From a virus (lineage: Duplodnaviria > Caudoviricetes): a stretch of 64,000 nt of DNA. This document shows, piece after piece, positions 59,583-64,000 of this stretch (position 1 is its first letter; every line of letters starts with the position of its first letter). The stretch lies in the IMG/VR virus record IMGVR_UViG_3300042922_001473; one strand, 5' to 3'. Made by a program: the position numbers and the translations under genes. Below the pieces are notes generated by a model. It saw only the letters and a list, made by a program, of their open reading frames with translations, did no database searches and was not told the origin of the DNA.

Positions 59583-59789
59583 TTGGAGGATTTCATGAAA
59601 AATTATGTAACTAAAAACAACACTTATACTATTAATGAAAATAATGAGATAAGTGGAGGAATTTTCGGCAATGAAGTTAAAAAAATATCTAAAATATTAG
59701 TTGCTGAAAAAAATTGTCCATTAATTCTTGAATTAGAAGATGGAAGATATGTAACAACAAGTGTAGTGCAAGAAATTAAAATTGCGTAA
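59583..59789 (+). CDS. Small beta-rich protein, paralogue 1
   Basis: Y.I.E..ISGG..G.E...PL....DG....TS. Confidence 0.7.
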   Translation: MEDFMKNYVTKNNTYTINENNEISGGIFGNEVKKISKILVAEKNCPLILELEDGRYVTTSVVQEIKIA

Positions 59790-59806
59790 AGCAGGAGGAT
59801 AAGAAA

Positions 59807-60091
59807 ATGCTAAAAAATATTATGGGGATTTTCAAAAAGAAAGAAGTAATAAAAAAGGCAGAATCTGTAGAAGTTGTAGCAAATCTAAGTAATATAAAGC
59901 TTTGCATAACTTCAAATGATAATATTTATAAGATTGATGAAGCTAATAAAAAAATTAGTGGTGGCATGATTGGTAAAGAACCGATGAAATATTCAGAAGT
60001 TCTATTAATGAAACAAGATATGCCTTTAATGGTTCATATGGCAGATGGTAGTATTTTTCAAACATCACGCATTAAATCACAACATCAATAA
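59807..60091 (+). CDS. Small beta-rich protein, paralogue 2
   Basis: Same motif as 59583; AGGAGG RBS. Confidence 0.7.
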   Translation: MLKNIMGIFKKKEVIKKAESVEVVANLSNIKLCITSNDNIYKIDEANKKISGGMIGKEPMKYSEVLLMKQDMPLMVHMADGSIFQTSRIKSQHQ

Positions 60092-60160
60092 AAATTTTTT
60101 ACATAGGAAAGTTTTAGAACACTTTGGGAAGTTAAAAAATTTCATAAGGAGGAAGATTAC

Positions 60161-60625
60161 ATGAAAAGTGTAATTAAATTTTTAAAAAGTGAACCAATGT
60201 ATAAAGAAGGTATAATTAGTATTTTACTTCCATTTTTAACAAAAGGGTTGATTAATAAAATGAATACATCCGATGCAGTAACTATTGCAAATGCAAGAAC
60301 TATAAAAAACATTGCAGTAGTTTTCGGAGAAGATACGTTTTTGACTAATCTAATAAGTAATAACTTTATTGCATTAGCTACATTTGCTATTTCTTTATTT
60401 TTTGTAGTGTTTATTATAGTTTTATATATGGCTATTAGAAACTGTAAACCATATGAACCTAAGTATGGGGAAGTAGAAAATAGTAAGACTCTAACTGCTA
60501 TTAACGTAATGTTATCAAGTTTTTTAACTATATTTGGCATTAATAGTACAGTAGTTTCTATTATAACATATACAATTATTTACTGGATTAAAGAAAAAAC
60601 AAAAGAAATGTTTGGCGAAAAATAA
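60161..60625 (+). CDS. Membrane protein
   Basis: AAGGAGG RBS, hydrophobic segments. Confidence 0.7.
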   Translation: MKSVIKFLKSEPMYKEGIISILLPFLTKGLINKMNTSDAVTIANARTIKNIAVVFGEDTFLTNLISNNFIALATFAISLFFVVFIIVLYMAIRNCKPYEPKYGEVENSKTLTAINVMLSSFLTIFGINSTVVSIITYTIIYWIKEKTKEMFGEK

Positions 60626-60959
60626 AATAAAACAGGAGAATATCATGACAAGTGAATTGAATTTAAAAGGTACAAAATCTAAAGGTAGATTAAAAAGTTG
60701 TTTAAAAAAAGGTTTCATAAGTTTTATGTTGTCATTTATAGTTAATTTTATGATTGAACAATATAGAAATCCAACAAGTGATTTTCACTTGATTTTAAAT
60801 TCTTTTGATGTTTTATTATCAAAGAATAGTCAAATGTTGGACATATTTGTTACTTTATGTATGACTTTATTTTTAATAACTTTTGTAGTTTTAGTAGTAA
60901 CAACAATTTATTATTTTCTTTCTTTCGTAAATAATATTCGCAAAAGAATTACAGAATAA
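60612..60959 (+). CDS. 2-TM membrane protein
   Basis: Internal AGGAG RBS before MTSEL; terminator after. Confidence 0.6.
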   Translation: MAKNKIKQENIMTSELNLKGTKSKGRLKSCLKKGFISFMLSFIVNFMIEQYRNPTSDFHLILNSFDVLLSKNSQMLDIFVTLCMTLFLITFVVLVVTTIYYFLSFVNNIRKRITE

Positions 60960-61046
60960 TAATTAAAAGAGGATGCAATTAATTTTGCATTCTTTTTTTG
61001 TTGAAAAATAGTTAATAAATTGATATAATGAGTATATAATCCATTT

Positions 61047-61550
61047 ATGGATAAAACGATAATGGTACTGAAAGGAGATTCTACATTTATGAGAGAAATT
61101 ACATATCTCCAAGATACTGAGATTTCTTGGAAAGCTAAAGGTTTATTAACGTATATGAATATATACTCAGAGCAGACAAATATTGAAGGTCTATTAAGTA
61201 AATCAACTGACGGTATATCAAGTGTTCAAAGTGGATTAAAGGAATTGACTATAAAAGGGTATTATCATAATTATCCTTTAAGAGATAATGAAGGAAAGTT
61301 TATAAAGTTTGTTCAAAAATTTAGAATGCATAGGAGAGTACCATATCTTTCTGCCGAGAAGGATATAATAAATGCTATTTTATTTCCGTCAAATCGGGCA
61401 TTAGAAACTGATAGTTTCTTTTTAAGAAGAGCTATTAGCATAGTAAAAGAGAGAAGTGTAGATTCATATAAGGAACTTATTTTAGAAGTTGAAGATTTGT
61501 ATAAATTAGGATATGATAGTGTAGCAAAAGTGAAACTATATCTTAAATAG
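61047..61550 (+). CDS. Winged-helix protein like the N-terminus of phage replisome organisers
   Basis: LQD..ISWKAKGLL.YM...STDG..SV.SGLKEL...GY. Confidence 0.65.
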   Translation: MDKTIMVLKGDSTFMREITYLQDTEISWKAKGLLTYMNIYSEQTNIEGLLSKSTDGISSVQSGLKELTIKGYYHNYPLRDNEGKFIKFVQKFRMHRRVPYLSAEKDIINAILFPSNRALETDSFFLRRAISIVKERSVDSYKELILEVEDLYKLGYDSVAKVKLYLK

Positions 61551-61696
61551 GGTTATCTATTAAACAGTATAAAACCTCCTGAATTACAATATTATAAAAA
61601 TACGGTTATATTTAGGAGGTTTTAAAAGAAATGTCATCTTTAGTATTCTTGATATGATTAAATATGTCAAGGGTATGAGGAATTTTATCTTTTTAT

Positions 61697-63169
61697 AGAA
61701 AAATACCCCCATCATCAAAAGTGGGGGATGAATTTTTACGTCTGATAAGACATTATATGTATTGAAATTTCATCATTTAGAAGGTATAATTAGAACATAA
61801 GTTCTTTTCCAAGGAGGTGAAGCATATATGCGATTATCTTTTAAATTTAAGCCACAGCTAAATAGTTTACAAGCTAACATTATTGAAGAATTGAGCTATC
61901 ATACTACAAATCTATACAACATAGCTAATTATGATAATTTAAACCTTGGTGTGAAATCATATTACAAAATGAATGAAATTTACACTTCTAATTGGCATAA
62001 AGAATTTCTTCATAGCCACAACTATCAGTATTGTTTAAAAGTATTAGACCAGAACTGGAAATGTTATTTCAAGTCAATTGCTGATTTTAAGAAAAACCCT
62101 TCAAAATACAAGGGTATACCTAAACCACCAAAGTATAAAAATTTAAATGATAGGAAAAATGAAATAATTTTTACATCTGCAGGAATAAGATTTAAAAATA
62201 ATACATTAATTCTATCACTTTCTAAAGCTATGCAATTAAAATATGGTGTAAATAGCCTTAATTTTGAAGTTTCTGACAAACTTCAAAGCCTATTTGATTG
62301 GAATAGTCTTCAACAAGCAAAGATTTGCTGGAATAGTTCTTTAAAAGAATGGTCAATAATTTTAGTATATCTAAAAGAAGAAGTAATTTTACCAAGTGAT
62401 TTCAGTAATATTTTGGCAATAGATTTAGGTCTTTCAAATCTTGCAACAATGACATTCTTAAACAATGAAGAAAGCTACATTATCAATGGGAAACCTCTTA
62501 AATCGGTAAATAGCCATATTAACAAGAAAATTGTACATTTGCAAAGAATTTCTATGCATATGGTTGGCAGTAAAAAACATAAAGACACTAAGGAAATAAC
62601 ACGTCTTAGAACTTATAGGGAAAACTATGTTAATAACTATATGCATAAAGCAAGCAAAATTGTTATTGAATTAGCACTAAAACATAAATGTGAAACAATA
62701 GTAATAGGCGATATCCATGGTATTAAACAAAACTTAAACTACAATAAGACATTTGTTCAAATACCAATACTTAAACTAAAAGAAATGATTAGCTATAAAG
62801 CAAAATTACAAGGTATAGAAGTAATACTTCAAAATGAAGCATATACTTCTGGTTGTAGTGCACTTGATTTGGAAGTTATTTCAAAATTACATTATAACAA
62901 AAAAAGAAGAATATGCAGAGGCATATTCCAAAGTAATAATAATTTTAAAATTAACTCAGATGTAAATGGAAGTCTAAATATTTTAAGGCTTCACACAAAA
63001 GACACATGTATTCCCAAGTTAATAGAATTATCAAGGGATAAGGGCTACGTGAATAGCCCAATAAAGCAAAGGGTGGCTTAGATAATTAACCTAAGTAGAA
63101 ACTTAAATACTACAGCTTTATAGAAGCCCCCCACTTCTAAGCGTTAGTGTAAGTGGTGAGGGTATTCAC
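61697..63169 (+). mobile_element. Non-autonomous IS200/IS605 (IS1341-type) element
   Basis: Left hairpin CCCCCA..TGGGGG-ATGAATT after TTTAT; tnpB only, no tnpA; right hairpin ending TTCAC. Confidence 0.8.
61828..63081 (+). CDS. tnpB: RNA-guided endonuclease TnpB
   Basis: LYN.ANY, P.PPKY, RuvC AIDLG..N, IGD, YKA...GI, EAYTS.CS.LD, RG.F, NSDVNGSLNI. Confidence 0.93.
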   Translation: MRLSFKFKPQLNSLQANIIEELSYHTTNLYNIANYDNLNLGVKSYYKMNEIYTSNWHKEFLHSHNYQYCLKVLDQNWKCYFKSIADFKKNPSKYKGIPKPPKYKNLNDRKNEIIFTSAGIRFKNNTLILSLSKAMQLKYGVNSLNFEVSDKLQSLFDWNSLQQAKICWNSSLKEWSIILVYLKEEVILPSDFSNILAIDLGLSNLATMTFLNNEESYIINGKPLKSVNSHINKKIVHLQRISMHMVGSKKHKDTKEITRLRTYRENYVNNYMHKASKIVIELALKHKCETIVIGDIHGIKQNLNYNKTFVQIPILKLKEMISYKAKLQGIEVILQNEAYTSGCSALDLEVISKLHYNKKRRICRGIFQSNNNFKINSDVNGSLNILRLHTKDTCIPKLIELSRDKGYVNSPIKQRVA

Positions 63170-63185
63170 TGAAGGAAAGTGGTAT
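63030..63185 (+). ncRNA. TnpB omegaRNA (scaffold plus flank-derived guide); 5' limit approximate
   Basis: Structured right end GAAGCCCCCCACTT..AAGTGGTGAGGGTATTCAC; by family rule the guide is the flank TGAAGGAAAGTGGTAT. Confidence 0.65.
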
Positions 63186-63187
63186 AT

Positions 63188-64000
63188 ATGAAAAAGAAAG
63201 TAAATGATATTATTTATGAACTTAATGCTGTTGATATATATAAAATGGTGCTTTCAGGTGAATTAAAAAGATTTCCTAATCACTACTGGGATTATAACCT
63301 TTCGCAAGAAGAATCAAAAAGAAATGCATCAAAAATTCTAAAATATTTAATCGAAGATATATTACATTGGGATAAAGAACAAGTAAAAGAATCTTTTAAT
63401 ACGTATATTGTTAGTAAATATAAACTTCAGGGAATGCTTGTTGTCCTTTTTAATGGAACAATTCATGATATGATTGAAAATGCATATCCCAATAAAATTA
63501 AACCTTGGGAATTAAAAAAAGCTCCAAATAGCTTTTGGAATTTAGAAACTTCAAAATTAGCAACAATATGGATGATTGAAGAAAAATTAAAATGGAGTCG
63601 TGAAGATATTTGTTCAAAACTAACCAAAAACACATTTATAGAATGTGGTCTTTTTGGAGCTATGGATATAGACGGTTTAGACGTAAGCCCATATAAAACA
63701 ATAAACAACGCTTATCCTGGCGAATTTAAACCTTGGGAACTAAAGATGTGTCCTATGGGGTTCTGGAACGAAAGAACAGCAGGAGAAGCTGTAAGATGGC
63801 TTGTTGAAGAAAAGTTAAAATTAAAAGAAGAAGAAATTGTAAATTTAAGGGAAAGAGATTTTTTTAATAATAGCATAAGAGGAGCTTTTGAAATTATGGG
63901 GGAAAGTATCGTTAAAACTCTTAATGCAGGTTATCCAGGAAAGTATATAAAAATAGGGAATATAATCTATACTGCAGATAAAAAATATAGAAAAAGTATA
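63188..64000 (+). CDS. DUF4046-like repeat protein (runs off the window; not in ORF track)
   Basis: IYKMVLSG.LKRFP..YW; repeated YP..KPWEL...P..FW...WLIEEKLK. Confidence 0.8.
   Translation, partial: MKKKVNDIIYELNAVDIYKMVLSGELKRFPNHYWDYNLSQEESKRNASKILKYLIEDILHWDKEQVKESFNTYIVSKYKLQGMLVVLFNGTIHDMIENAYPNKIKPWELKKAPNSFWNLETSKLATIWMIEEKLKWSREDICSKLTKNTFIECGLFGAMDIDGLDVSPYKTINNAYPGEFKPWELKMCPMGFWNERTAGEAVRWLVEEKLKLKEEEIVNLRERDFFNNSIRGAFEIMGESIVKTLNAGYPGKYIKIGNIIYTADKKYRKSI

Noticed and set aside
320-63708. Many short ORFs antisense to or nested in long genes (e.g. 320..658, 1517..1858, 8974..9327, 30366..31214, 44261..45220, 60157..60540, 62064..62646, 63463..63708)
   Set aside because: Shadow frames of well-supported genes, with no RBS and F/I/L/S-biased composition
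1-64000. CRISPR array, tRNA or rRNA genes
   Set aside because: No regularly spaced repeats or cloverleaf/rRNA-like GC-rich segments seen by eye

Overview
Very AT-rich (roughly 25% GC by eye) window with Firmicutes-type GGAGG/AGGAG ribosome-binding sites. It is built mostly of single genes or short operons, each with its own promoter and often a bidirectional terminator. There are no rRNA, tRNA, ribosomal-protein or virion structural genes. This fits a Clostridia-type megaplasmid or jumbo-phage accessory region (inference). Recognisable genes: two RecD2-type helicase paralogues, an N6-adenine MTase, two orphan restriction-endonuclease-like genes, thyA, cheX, clpP, Asp23, LemA with a DUF3137-like partner, DprA/SLOG, an SMC/Rad50-like ATPase, an Rnl2-type RNA ligase, RNase HI, FtsH, a kinase-like protein, thioredoxin, a two-gene CBASS (TM-SAVED plus CD-NTase-AGS-C), a 5'(3')-nucleotidase, a DEDDh exonuclease, three paralogous lipoproteins, an rtcB-def operon and a non-autonomous IS200/IS605 tnpB element. 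The most notable observations are: (1) a dispersed ADP-ribosylation toolkit (a WGR-PARPreg-PARP enzyme with an intact H-Y-E triad, a second Tpt1-like ART, and a NADAR-macrodomain fusion with altered motifs); (2) a recurring TTGACTAT / TTGAC-N4-GTCAA operator-like motif over about 10 sigma-A promoters; (3) an orphan omegaRNA/IS605 right end with no tnpB; (4) stand-alone fragments of conjugation ATPases; (5) a possible -1 frameshift; (6) a bacteriocin/immunity-like pair. All family calls come from motif recognition by eye; no database search was run.
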